NCBI GenBank assembly: GCA_963815115.1
Contig: CAWFFN010000012.1
Coordinates: forward strand, 672,001 to 736,000
Direction: 5' to 3'
DNA from: an uncultured delta proteobacterium
Lineage (GTDB): Bacteria; Desulfobacterota; Binatia; DP-6
DNA length: 64,000 nucleotides
The position numbers and the translations under genes were made by a program. How positions within the stretch are numbered: the stretch's first letter is position 1; each line of letters starts with the position of its first letter. Of this stretch, positions 9,849-20,863 are shown piece after piece. The notes below the pieces were generated by a model. The model saw only the letters and a program-made list of their open reading frames with translations. It did no database searches and had not been told where the DNA came from.

Positions 9849-9951
9849 CGACCCGAGACTCCGTCTCGGGTCGAAAGCGGAGGGGAACGTGTGGCGTGCG
9901 GTGGATCGGGCGTAGGCCGTGCCGCGGCCGGCGAAGCCGGCGCGGCAAACG
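9849..9951 (+). repeat. 103-nt two-hairpin intergenic repeat, copy B
   Basis: Near-identical to 3056-3158; begins 7 nt after the permease TAG. Confidence 0.9.
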
Positions 9952-10134
9952 AGCCGCGCGTCAGCGTCAGCCGAAGCGAGTCATGCCGGTGCCGTATGCC
10001 ACCGGCGGCAGACGTCGGGCAAGTCGTTCGCTCTGCGCGGAGCGCAGCCGGAAGGTTGCACTCGGTGCACGAACGGGCAGGCGCCGGTTGCTGGCCGCAC
10101 TGAATTTCGCGGGGCTGGACACCGTCCAGTCCTC

Positions 10135-10149
10135 TGGCATCGTCCTTGC
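10135..10149 (+). promoter_or_regulatory. Sigma54 (-24/-12) promoter upstream of the P450
   Basis: TGGCAT-CGTCC-TTGC fits TGGCA(C/T)-N5-TTGC, 27 nt before the ATG; adjacent palindrome CTGGAC-ACC-GTCCAG at 10115-10129. Confidence 0.7.
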
Positions 10150-10176
10150 GTGGATCGAGACGGAGTGGAGGACCCG

Positions 10177-11536
10177 ATGACGACCCTGCCGCCCGGCCCC
10201 GCCATCCCGCGCGTCCTGCAGATGCTGCACTGGATCCGCCGCCCGCTGCCGTTCATGGAGGACTGCGCCCGGGCCTACGGCGACTGCTTCACCATCGGCT
10301 TTCCCAGCATCCCGGGCTCGCCGGCCCGCTCGCGGCGTCCCACCTTCGTCTTCTTCTCCGACCCCGAGGCCATCCGGGAGATCTTCACCGGCGATGGCGA
10401 GGACCTGCGCGCCGGCGAGGCCAACTCGTTCCTGGAGCCGCTCGTGGGCGAGCACTCCCTGCTCCTCCTCGACGGATCGCGCCACCTGCGCGAGCGCCGG
10501 ATGATGCAGCCGCCGTTCCACGGCGAGCGCATGCAGGCCTACGGCGAGGTCATGCGCGACATCACGGCCGCCGCGGTGGACGGCTGGCCCGTCGGCCGGC
10601 CCTTCCCGATCCACCGGGAGATGCAGCGCATCACGCTCGAGGTGATCCTGCGCACGGTGTTCGGGGTCGACGAGGGCCCGCGGCTCACCCGCCTGCGCGA
10701 TCTCCTGACCACGCTGCTCGACAAGGGGACCAGGCCGTACGTCCTGCTGCTGCAGGTCGACCTCGGGCCCTGGTCGCCGTGGGGCCGCCTGATGCGCATC
10801 GGCCGCGAGGTGGACGAGATGCTCTTCGCCGAGATCGCCCGGCGCCGCGCCGGCAACTCCACCGGTCGTACCGACGTCCTCTCGATGCTGGTGGAAGCGC
10901 GCGACGAGCAGGGGCAGCCGATGACCGATCAGGAGCTGCGCGACGAGATGTTCACGCTCCTCGTCGCCGGACACGAGACCACCGCGACCTCGCTCGCGTG
11001 GGCGTTCCACCGACTCCTCGCCAATCCCGCGACCCTCGCGCGGAGCCGCAAGGAGCTCGACCGGATCGCCGGGGGCGGCCCGCTGGAGCCCTCGCGGCAT
11101 GGCGTCGCTCGAGTATCTCGACGCCGTCGCGAAGGAGACCCTCCGCCTGAGCCCCATCCTCCCGATCGTCGGCCGCCGGCTCGCGGTCCCCATGCGGATC
11201 GCCGGCCGCGAGCTGCCCGCCGGCGTGCTCGCCACGCCCTGCATCTACCTCGCTCACCGCCGCCCCGACATCTGGCCGGATCCCGAGCGCTTCGATCCCG
11301 ATCGCTTCGTCGGCCTGCGTCCCAGCCCGTACACCTTCCTTCCCTTCGGCGGCGGCGTCCGGCGCTGCATCGGGATGGCCTTCGCGCTCTACGAGATGAA
11401 GGTCGTGCTGGCCGAGGTGCTCCGCCGCGTCACCCTGCGAGCCGCACCCGGCCACCAGGTGCGTGTCGTGCGGCGAAGCATCACGCTCGCGCCGTCGGCG
11501 GGCATGCCGGTCGTGGTCGACGCCGTGGCCGCGTGA
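10177..11536 (+). CDS. Cytochrome P450, one frameshift near 11097
   Basis: AGHETT (I helix) in first frame; ETLR, PERFDPDRF and FGGGVRRCIG haem motif in second frame. Confidence 0.93.
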
Positions 11537-11540
11537 GCGG

Positions 11541-12644
11541 CTAGGGCGGAATCCGGGCGGAGAGTGCGGCGCTCGCGGCCTCGATCGGAGCGAGCGCGAC
11601 TCCCAGCGCGTTCCTTGCGTCGGCTGCCCGGCTGGTGACGAGGATCGCCGCGAGTCGTGCCCGCGCCCTGGCGTACAAGCGCGCCTGCCTCTGCTTCTGG
11701 CCGCTTGCCTCGTCTGCGCGCCCGAGGAGCGATGACACCCTCGCGAAGCGCCGGTGGAGCTTCCGTGCCGTCCGCTTCGATCTGCGGTCAGCAGTCGTCG
11801 GGTCGGGCAGGGCGCCGTCGAGGTTCGCGAGGCAGGCGGCGATCGTGCCGCAGCTCGTCGTGGTCGTGCCGCTCGTCTGGAGCCCGATGTCGAACGTCGT
11901 CGTGTAGCCCCCGGACCCGTCGTCGACGAGCGTCAGGAGCAGGTCGCTGCCGCCGCCCTGGTAGATGCCGTCGCCGTCGTTGCGCAGCGTGCGCTGTCCC
12001 CCGGCGGCATAGGGCTGCCGCGTGTGGACGATGTCGGTCAGCTCGTCGTCGAAGTAGAGCTGCGAGGTGAACTCCAGCGCCTCGCTCGCTCTCGGGTCGG
12101 TGCGGAGCTTGAAGTGGATGTGCACCGTGCGGCCCTGGTACCAGCCCGGGTAGATGGTGACGAAGCTCGCCGCGCCGTTCGCATCGGTCACCTGGTAGCC
12201 GCGCAGGAACTTCTCGCCGGTCGTGTCGAAGCTCGGATCGGAGACGTCGGAGTAGACGCCCAGCGCATCGCAGTGCCAGACGTCGACGAGCACACCCTCG
12301 AACGGCACGCACGAGGTGCCGTCGATGCGCGACACGGAGAACGCGAGCGCGAGGCGGACGCCTGCCTTGACGGATCCGTCACTCGGATCGGATCGGATGT
12401 CCGAGCGCTCGAGACGCTCGTCCACGAAGTACGGGCCTTCGGTCTCCTCCGGGCGGACGATGCAGGAAGGCAGGGTGGCGGCCTCGGCGGCCGAGCCGAG
12501 CCTCAAACCCCGGGAGGGGCTCCCGAGGCGTGGGGCGTACGCGAGGAGGAAGGCCCCGCCCGCCGACGCGCCCAGGAGCGCGAGCGCTTCCCGCCGGTCG
12601 AGCAGACGGTGCCGGTCCCGGGTCTTGTGCCGCTCGTGATCCAT
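11541..12644 (-). CDS. Intradiol ring-cleavage dioxygenase family protein with Tat-like signal and C-terminal extension
   Basis: LDRREAL twin-Arg; EGPYF, VWHCDALGVYS, YPGWY, RTVHIH Fe-ligand motifs. Confidence 0.88.
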   Translation of the reverse strand: MDHERHKTRDRHRLLDRREALALLGASAGGAFLLAYAPRLGSPSRGLRLGSAAEAATLPSCIVRPEETEGPYFVDERLERSDIRSDPSDGSVKAGVRLALAFSVSRIDGTSCVPFEGVLVDVWHCDALGVYSDVSDPSFDTTGEKFLRGYQVTDANGAASFVTIYPGWYQGRTVHIHFKLRTDPRASEALEFTSQLYFDDELTDIVHTRQPYAAGGQRTLRNDGDGIYQGGGSDLLLTLVDDGSGGYTTTFDIGLQTSGTTTTSCGTIAACLANLDGALPDPTTADRRSKRTARKLHRRFARVSSLLGRADEASGQKQRQARLYARARARLAAILVTSRAADARNALGVALAPIEAASAALSARIPP

Positions 12645-12759
12645 CCGTCCACCGCCTTTGCTGGACTTGAACGGGTGGCCTGTCAAAACCCGTCGGTCGT
12701 GGGGCGGCGCGGCGGGCCGACGCCGTTGCGTCCCTGCTCGAACCGGCTACCCTCCGCGC

Positions 12760-13736
<977 letters not shown>

Positions 13737-13740
<4 letters not shown>

Positions 13741-14894
13741 CCGCCCACCCGCGGCAGCACGCGCGTCGCGAACAGGTCGATGGACCGCATGAGGGCCGCG
13801 TGGGGGACGAGTCCGTTGTACGTCCACGCGAAGAGCCAGTCGACGGGCAGGCGCGCGCGGAGGTGCTCGAGCTGGCGCGCCACCGTGTCGACGGAGCCGA
13901 CCAGCGCCAGGCCGGCGTCGAACAGATCGGGCCGCGGGCCGCCCGCCGGGTCGTCGAGCCCGCGACTGAAGCCGAAGGGCTCGAACCAGGCGGCACCGCA
14001 GAAGGCGCCGCTGTCGCGCCACAGCGCCATCGCCTCCTCGTCGGTCGGCGCCACCACGACGTCGCGCAGCACCCCCACGCCGTCGCCGGGCGGCCGGCGC
14101 GACACCTCGGCGTAGAGCGCGACCAGCCGCGTCTCGAGCGTCGGATGGAGCGGCGGCAGCACGGCCGTCACCCCTTCCTCCGCGCACCAGCGGATGCTGC
14201 GCTCGGAGGACGCGAAGGGCTGGAAGATGGGTGGGTGCGGGCGCTGGAGGGGCTTCGGGACGACGCTCACGGCCCGGACGATGCCGTCGCTCACCCCGGC
14301 GCCCCACTGCCGGGTGGCGTCGAGGTCCCAGGCGGTGCGGCCGGCCGGAATCCGCCAGTAGCGGCCGTCGTGCGTCAGCAGGTCGTCCGTCCATGCCTTC
14401 TTGACGATCTGGAAGCACTCCTCGAACGCGGCCCGGTTGGCCTCGTCGATGGCATCGTGCTCGTGCGGGACGGCGCCATGGATGCCGTGCGTCTGCTGCG
14501 CCATGACGTCGACCCAGCGCCGCTGGTAGCCGCGGGCGAACCCCGCGTTCGCGCGCCCGCCCGTCATGTGGTCGAGCATCGCGATCTCCTCGGCGACGCG
14601 GATCGGATTGCTGGCCGGCAGCACGATGCCGAGCTGGCCCACGCGGATGCGCTTCGTCTGCAGGCCGACGAACAGGTCGAGCAGCACGGGGCTGTTCGAC
14701 AGCTCGAAGCCCTCGACGTGGAAGTGGTGCTCGGTGAAGCTGATCGAGTCGTAGCCGAGATCGTCGGCGAGGCGCGCCTGCTCGGCCAGCTCGGCGAGCA
14801 TGCGGCCGTAGAGGTCGCGGCGCAGGCCCGCCAGGCCGCGCTCGATCTCGGCGCGGCTGCCGATCGACGGGAGGTAGAAGAGCGAGACCTTCAC
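13737..14894 (-). CDS. Luciferase-like (LLM class) flavin-dependent oxidoreductase
   Basis: GYDSISFTEHHF, NPIRVAEEIAMLDHMTGGR, PKPLQRPHPP. Confidence 0.92.
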
Positions 14895-14909
14895 GTCGGG
14901 CCGCGGCGC

Positions 14910-15242
14910 TCAGTCGTCCTTGCGCGAGAGGTATTCCGCCAGGACGTTCCGGCTGTGCTCGTCGTCGTGGCAGTAGGCGCACAGGTTCTCCCAGTTGCTG
15001 CCGTCGGGCGGGTTGTTGTGATGGTTGCCGTCCTTGTGGTGCACGGTGAGGAGATGCAGGTCGGCGCGCTCGAACTCGCGCGCGCACTTGGCGCAGATCC
15101 AGCCGTGCAGCGCGAGGGAGCGCTCGCGATACCCTTGCTGCCGCGCCCGTGCGGCATCCGTCGCCTCGCGCACGAGGGCGTCGACGTCGGGAGCCGGTCC
15201 CTTGCGCGGCCGCCGCGAGGGACGGAAGCTGCGTGTCGGCAT
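14910..15242 (-). CDS. yajD: YajD family HNH nuclease
   Basis: YRERSL..WICAKCAREF..LTVHHKDGNHHNNPPDGSNWENLCAYCHDDEHSR. Confidence 0.85.
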   Translation of the reverse strand: MPTRSFRPSRRPRKGPAPDVDALVREATDAARARQQGYRERSLALHGWICAKCAREFERADLHLLTVHHKDGNHHNNPPDGSNWENLCAYCHDDEHSRNVLAEYLSRKDD

Positions 15243-15351
15243 GAGGAAATGATAGACCACTGCTGCGGGACGTGCACACTCCACCGGACCAGCCTCAACC
15301 CGAGATACCGAACTGTAGGCTCGAGTGCTGCATCAACTCGGCTTGACCTCC

Positions 15352-15369
15352 TGTGCTACTTGTAGCACA
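15352..15369. promoter_or_regulatory. Palindromic operator of the toxin-antitoxin operon
   Basis: TGTGCTAC-TT-GTAGCACA perfect inverted repeat abutting the antitoxin start, with TTGACC at 15343-15348. Confidence 0.7.
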
Positions 15370-15614
15370 TGACGATCATGCGGTCGGCTGGTATCCGTGA
15401 AGCGCGGCAGAATCTCTCGGCGCTCCTCGAGGAGGTGCGCAAGGGCCGCGAAGTCGTCCTCACGGACCGTGGCCGCCCCGTGGCCCGTCTCGTTCCGCCG
15501 GAGCCCACGTCGCAGCGAGCGGTCTCCGATCATCGGCGGCTTCGCGCCAGCATTCGACTGAGAGGGCGGCCGCTTTCGGACACGGTTGCGGACGAACGTG
15601 GAGATCGCGTCTAG
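15369..15614 (+). CDS. Phd/YefM family antitoxin
   Basis: GIREARQNLSALLEEVRKGREVVLTDRGRPVARLVP; start may be 15378. Confidence 0.9.
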   Translation: MTIMRSAGIREARQNLSALLEEVRKGREVVLTDRGRPVARLVPPEPTSQRAVSDHRRLRASIRLRGRPLSDTVADERGDRV

Positions 15615-16056
15615 CCCGGTGTATGTCGACACCAGCGCGCTGGCCAAGCTCTACGTGCCGGAGCCCTGGTCCGACGAGCTGGAGGCGGTCCTGGTCGGCC
15701 GCCGCGATGTCGTGGTCTCGGAGCTTGCGGTCACCGAACTGACGTCGGCCCTCGCGCGCCGGGTGCGCGACGAGGAGGTGTCGTCGGCAGACGCGCGGCG
15801 AGTGTACCAGCGTGTCCTGCGTGACCTCGTGAGCGGGGAGTTTCAGCGTGGGGAACTGACAGCCGGCGCGCATCGCGAGGCGGAGCGCCTGCTGCTGGCG
15901 CTCGGGCCGCGCACGGTTCTGCGAGCAGCCGATGCGCTCCACCTTGCCCTGGCCGGGCTTCTCGGAGCGCGCGTCCTCATGACGTTCGACAAGCGGATGT
16001 CTGCGGCTGCGGAGGCGCTCGGGACGCTCGAGCTTCCCGCGAGGAACCTGGTCTGA
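15598..16056 (+). CDS. vapC: VapC family PIN-domain toxin
   Basis: YVDTSALAKLY, TELTSAL, LRAADALHLA, TFDKR; overlaps the antitoxin. Confidence 0.9.
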   Translation: MEIASSPVYVDTSALAKLYVPEPWSDELEAVLVGRRDVVVSELAVTELTSALARRVRDEEVSSADARRVYQRVLRDLVSGEFQRGELTAGAHREAERLLLALGPRTVLRAADALHLALAGLLGARVLMTFDKRMSAAAEALGTLELPARNLV

Positions 16057-16057
16057 C

Positions 16058-16261
16058 GTGCTTCGTACCGTCCTCGTGACCTCCAACGCCGCCGACATGG
16101 CACTCGCGCGCTCGATCCTCGGCGCCGCCGGCGTGGACTACGTGCTGCACAACGAGCACGCCCTGCTCGTGCCGCTCGTGGGCGGGGTCGAGCTGCTGGT
16201 CGACCATGACGATCTCGACGACGCGACGGCGCTCCTGCGGCACGCCGGGCTGCTCGGTTGA
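16058..16261 (+). CDS. DUF2007-like small protein (putative signal transducer)
   Basis: 'LARSILGAAGVDYVLHNEH...VELLVDHDDLDDATALL' pattern. Confidence 0.65.
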   Translation: MLRTVLVTSNAADMALARSILGAAGVDYVLHNEHALLVPLVGGVELLVDHDDLDDATALLRHAGLLG

Positions 16262-16285
16262 GCCCCCGCCCGGTCCTCGATCTGC

Positions 16286-16304
16286 TTGACAATTGGTTGG
16301 ACCA
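16286..16304 (+). promoter_or_regulatory. Sigma70 -35 box with adjacent FadR-type operator
   Basis: TTGACA at 16286-16291, then TGGT-TGG-ACCA at 16294-16304, just upstream of the GntR gene. Confidence 0.7.
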
Positions 16305-16322
16305 CCGGGTAACTGGGCAACG

Positions 16323-17085
16323 ATGCCCGGCGCCAGAATCGTGCCCTTCCGGCCCCCGACGCGGCGCCGGCTGCACGAGGCGGTCGCCGACCAGCTGCGC
16401 GACGCCATCCTCGATTGCCGATTCGCCGCCGGCCAGAAGCTCCCGCCCGAGCGCGAGCTGGCGGCCGAGTTCCGCGTCAATCGCACCTCGGTGCGCGAGG
16501 CGATCAAGGTGCTCGAGGGGCTCGGGCTGGTGCAGGTGCGCCAGGGCGACGGCGTCACGGTACGGCCCCTGGTCGAGGCGTCGCTCGGGGTGCTCGGCGC
16601 CGATGATCTTCCACGACGGGCGGGTCGATGGCGGCCTCATGGCCGATTTGAGCGAGGTCATGCAGCCGCTGCTGCTCGAGCTCGCGCGCGTGGCGATCGA
16701 CCGCCATCGTCCCGAGCACCTGACGGCCCTGCGCCAGCTGCGCGACCAGATCGCGGATTCGACGCGCGCCCCCGAGGCTCGCTACGCCTCGTGGCGCGAC
16801 CTGATCGTGCTGCTCGCCGACATGACCGGCAACCGGGTCTGGCGCATGCTCGCCCGGCGCACGCGCGACTTCCTCGCCTCGCCGCCTCTGGCGGAGACGC
16901 GCCGGCGGCTGCGGCGCGATCCCGGGCACATCGTGCCGCTGATCGATGCCGGACTCGCCGCCATCGACGCCGGTCGCACCGCGGCCGCCGTCGACGCCAT
17001 CCAGCGCATCCTGCATCTCGCGGGAGACACCCGGACCGAGCCCACGCCGCGGAGAAGCCCGGCGACGAAAGGAACCAGACGATGA
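16323..17085 (+). CDS. GntR/FadR family regulator, one frameshift near 16599
   Basis: wHTH LPPERELAAEFRVNRTSVREAIKVLEGLGLVQVRQGDG; FCD-like C-terminus (MTGNRVW) in the next frame. Confidence 0.85.
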
Positions 17086-18185
17086 GCGACTTCATGCTCG
17101 AGACTCCGACCCAGGAGCCCGAGCTCGCCAGCGCGATGAAGGTGGTCTACCAGTGGAACTACGGCTCCGAGGTGGACGAGCTGCGCCGGCTCTACGTCAA
17201 GGCCGCCGAGGCGCAGTGGGTGGCCGAGCGCGACATCGACTGGGACCGGCCGATCGATCTCCGCAAGTTCGCCACCACGCCGGTCGGCGGCGGCGCCGTG
17301 CCGATCGAGCGCAACTCGTACTGGCGGAGCCTTCCGGAGGAAACGCGCTTCGAGCTCACGCGGCGCACGGCCGCGTTCCGGCTGAGCAACTTCCTGCACG
17401 GCGAGCAGGGCGCGCTCATGGTGGCGGCGCAGCTCGTGAACGCGGTGCCGCACACCGATGCGAAGTTCTACGCCGCCACGCAGACGATGGACGAGGCGCG
17501 GCACGTGGAGGTGTTCTCCCGCTACCTCGAGAAGCTCGACGGGCTGCGTCCCATCGCGGAGCCGCTCAAGCGCATCCTCGACGCCACCCTCCAGACCGGC
17601 GACTGGCTGAAGAAGCTCGTCGGCATGCAGATCGTGGTGGAGGGGCTCGCGCTCTACAGCTTCCGCGAGATGCGGGTTCTCACCGAGGAGCCCCTGCTGA
17701 AGGACATCCTCACGTACGTGGCGCGCGACGAATCCCGCCACCACGCCTACGGCGTGCAGTACGTCGAGCGCTGCGTCCCGCTGCTCGGCGACGCCGAGCG
17801 CGAGGAGCTGGAGGATTTCGCCCTCGAGGCCGCCCAGACCGTGGTCGACAACCGCAACCAGCAGGGCCTGTTCATGGCGCTCCTCGAGAGCTGGTCGGAA
17901 GCGGGCGTCGACGTGATGGAGCTGTTCGCCTGCATGCAGCGCGAGCGTGACGAGCTGGCGCGCGACCTCCCCAAGGTGCGCCGGCTCGGGCCGGTCCAGG
18001 GCTTCGTCGTCCCGACCCTGCGGCGCTGCGGGCTGCTCAGCGAGCGGGTCGCCAGCCGCTTCCACGAGTTCCTCCAGGGCAACCTCGGGAGCCGCATCGT
18101 GGGCGAGGACGTGCACGAGTTCCTGCGCCGGGTGCCGGACCTGCCGGAAGACACCGCGGGCTGGGTGCTGGGGGAGCTGGGCTGA
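17082..18185 (+). CDS. Ferritin-like diiron protein (AurF/R2-like superfamily)
   Basis: FLHGEQGAL, DEARH, VEGLA, DESRHH carboxylate/His diiron motifs. Confidence 0.85.
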   Translation: MSDFMLETPTQEPELASAMKVVYQWNYGSEVDELRRLYVKAAEAQWVAERDIDWDRPIDLRKFATTPVGGGAVPIERNSYWRSLPEETRFELTRRTAAFRLSNFLHGEQGALMVAAQLVNAVPHTDAKFYAATQTMDEARHVEVFSRYLEKLDGLRPIAEPLKRILDATLQTGDWLKKLVGMQIVVEGLALYSFREMRVLTEEPLLKDILTYVARDESRHHAYGVQYVERCVPLLGDAEREELEDFALEAAQTVVDNRNQQGLFMALLESWSEAGVDVMELFACMQRERDELARDLPKVRRLGPVQGFVVPTLRRCGLLSERVASRFHEFLQGNLGSRIVGEDVHEFLRRVPDLPEDTAGWVLGELG

Positions 18186-19360
18186 TGCCAGCCCAGCCGA
18201 GCATCCAGGGCCACTGCGACCGCCGCTTCGCCGCCGTCCGCGCGGCGTTCGCCGACAACTTCGAGCATCGCAACGAGATCGGAGCCGCCGTCGCCGTGGT
18301 GGTCGACGGCGAGCCCGTGGTCGACCTGTGGGCCGGCCACGCCGACGAGGCGAGCACGCGGTCCTGGGAGCGCGACACCCTCGCCAACGTCTACTCCTGC
18401 ACCAAGGCCATGACGGCGCTGTGCGCGCATCGCCTGATCGAGCGCGGCCTGCTCGACCTCGACGCGCCCGTCGCCGAGTACTGGCCCGAGTTCGCGCAGG
18501 CCGGCAAGGCGAGCGTGCCGGTGCGCTGGCTGCTGTCGCACCGCGCCGGGCTGGCGGGGGTGAAGCCCATCCTGCCCGGGGAGGCGCTCTACGACTGGGA
18601 CGCGATGTGCACGGCGCTCGCCGCCCAGGAGCCGTGGTGGACGCCCGGCGCGGCGCACGGCTATCACGCGGTCACCTTCGGCTGGCTCGTCGGCGAGGTG
18701 GTACGCCGCATCACGGGCCGCAGCCTCGGCACCTACTTCGGCGAGGAGATCGCCGGACCTCTCGGCCTCGACTTCCACATCGGGCTTCCCGAGTCCGAGC
18801 ACGACCGCGTCGCGGAGCTCACGATGCTCCCGCTGCCGTCGCCCGAGGACGACACGATGCAGCTCGGCATGCTCATCTTCTCCGATCCGGAGGGTGTCAC
18901 CGCGCGTGCGTTCATGAACCCGCCGTCGCTGGCGCACGGGGTGAACCACACCGCGTGGCGGACGGCGGAGATTCCCGGCGCCAACGGGCACGCGACCGCC
19001 CGGGCGCTGGCGCGTGTCTACGGCGTCCTCGCCCGGGGCGGCGACGAGGACGGCGTCCACCTGCTCGACGCCGCCAGCATCGAGCGTTGCCGCGAGGAGC
19101 AGTCGCACGGCCCCGACGTGGTGCTCCAGATCGCGACCCGCTTCGGCCTCGGCTTCATGCTGTCGCAGGAGCGACCCGACGCCCGCTTCGGGCCCAGCCG
19201 CGGCGCCTTCGGTCATCCCGGCGCGGGCGGTTCCGTCGGCTTCGCCGATCCCGAGACCCGGGTCGGCTTCGGCTACGTGATGAACCGCACGGGGCCGCAC
19301 ATCCTGCTCGACCCGCGGGCCACGGCGCTGATCGACGCGGTGTACGGGTCGCTGCGCTAG
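18185..19360 (+). CDS. Serine hydrolase, beta-lactamase class C/EstB-like esterase
   Basis: YSCTK (SxxK), LLSHRAGL, GYHAVTFG, FGHPGAGG. Confidence 0.9.
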   Translation: MPAQPSIQGHCDRRFAAVRAAFADNFEHRNEIGAAVAVVVDGEPVVDLWAGHADEASTRSWERDTLANVYSCTKAMTALCAHRLIERGLLDLDAPVAEYWPEFAQAGKASVPVRWLLSHRAGLAGVKPILPGEALYDWDAMCTALAAQEPWWTPGAAHGYHAVTFGWLVGEVVRRITGRSLGTYFGEEIAGPLGLDFHIGLPESEHDRVAELTMLPLPSPEDDTMQLGMLIFSDPEGVTARAFMNPPSLAHGVNHTAWRTAEIPGANGHATARALARVYGVLARGGDEDGVHLLDAASIERCREEQSHGPDVVLQIATRFGLGFMLSQERPDARFGPSRGAFGHPGAGGSVGFADPETRVGFGYVMNRTGPHILLDPRATALIDAVYGSLR

Positions 19361-20809
19361 CGGCGCGCCCGCCCGGTGCGGGCCGCGGCCGCGAGCTTGC
19401 TGTGGGTGCGCCCGTAGGTCAGGTAGATCACCAGCCCGATCGCCAGCCAGACCGCGAGGCGGAGCCAGTTCTCCCAGCCCAGCGCGAGCATCATCGTCAG
19501 GTTCATCCCCATGCCCGCGAGCGGTACCCAGGGAACCCACGGCGTGTGGAAGGGACGGGGCAGGTCGGGATTGGTGCGCCGCATGATGATGACCGCCGCG
19601 CACACGATGACGAACGCCATCAGCGTGCCGATGTTGACCAGGTCGGCGAGCAGCTTGAGCGGGAAGAGCGCGCCGGCGAACGCCACCAGGATGCCGGTCA
19701 GGATGGTCGCCTTGTGCGGGGTGCGGAAGCGCGGGTGAACCGCGCCGAAGAAGCTGCGCGAGATCAGCCCGTCGCGCGCCAGCGCGAGCAGGATGCGCGG
19801 CCTGGCTCAGCAGCAGCACCAGCAGCACGCTCGTGATGCCGACCACGGCGCCGAGCGCGATCAGGAGCTGTGCCGTGGCGAGGCCGCGGCTGGCGAAAGC
19901 CTCCGCCACCGGCGCGTCGAGGTTGATCTGCTGGTACGGCACCATGCCGGTCAGGACGCCGGCGACCAGGATGTAGAGCACCGTGCACAGCAGCAGCGAG
20001 ACGATGATGCCGATGGGCACGTCGCGCTGCGGGTTGCGGGCCTCCTCGGCGTGGGTCGAGACCGAGTCGAAGCCGATGTAGGCGAAGAAGATGTACGCCG
20101 CGCCCCGGAGCACGCCCGGCACGCCGTACGGCATGAAGGGATGCCAGTTCGCCGTATTGATGTGGCGGGCGCCGAGGATGATCACGAAGAGCACCACCGC
20201 GAGCTTGAGGATCACCATGGCGGCGTTGAACCCGGCACTTTCACGGATGCCGATCACCAGCACCACGGTGACCAGCAGCACGATGACGAAGGCGGGCAGG
20301 TTCATGATCGCGCCCGTCGCGACCCATCCGAGCGCCGGATCGAAGTCGAAGGGGCTCCCGATCCACGCCGCCGGCAGGACGATGCCGAAGATGCCGAGGA
20401 AGGAGACGAAGTAGTGCGACCAGCCGTGCGCCACGGTACTCGAGGCGACGGCGTACTCGAGGACGAGGTCCCAGCCGATGATCCACGCCAGCAGCTCGCC
20501 GAGCGTCGCGTAGGCGTAGGTGTAGGCGCTGCCGGCGACCGGGACCATGGCGGCGAACTCCGCGTAGCACAGGGCCGCGAGCGCACAGCCGGTGCCCGAG
20601 ACGACGAACGACAGCGCCAGCGCGGGCCCGGCGTAGCGGTTCGCCGCCAGCCCCGTGAGCACGAAGATGCCGGCACCGATGATCGCGCCCACGCCGAGCG
20701 CGGTGAGGCTGACGGGACCCAGCACCCGCCGCAGCCCGTGGTCGCCTTCCGTCTCGGCGAGGAGGACGTGCACCGGCTTGGTCGCGAACAGCTGCTCCCG
20801 CAACGTCAT
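19357..20809 (-). CDS. APC family amino acid permease, one frameshift near 19800
   Basis: GAIIGAGIF, GSAYTY, FFAYIGFD, EEARNPQR; C-terminal LVNIGTL and RPFHTPWVP in another frame. Confidence 0.9.
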
Positions 20810-20863
20810 CTTCCGTCCGCTTCCCTCCCGGGGGGCACGTCCCGCGCGCCGCCGCTAACAGGT

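Noticed and set aside
16293-18185. 630-aa apparent GntR/ferritin-like fusion
   Set aside because: The middle is out-of-frame sequence; the true GntR C-terminal domain is in another frame after about 16599 and ends at 17085
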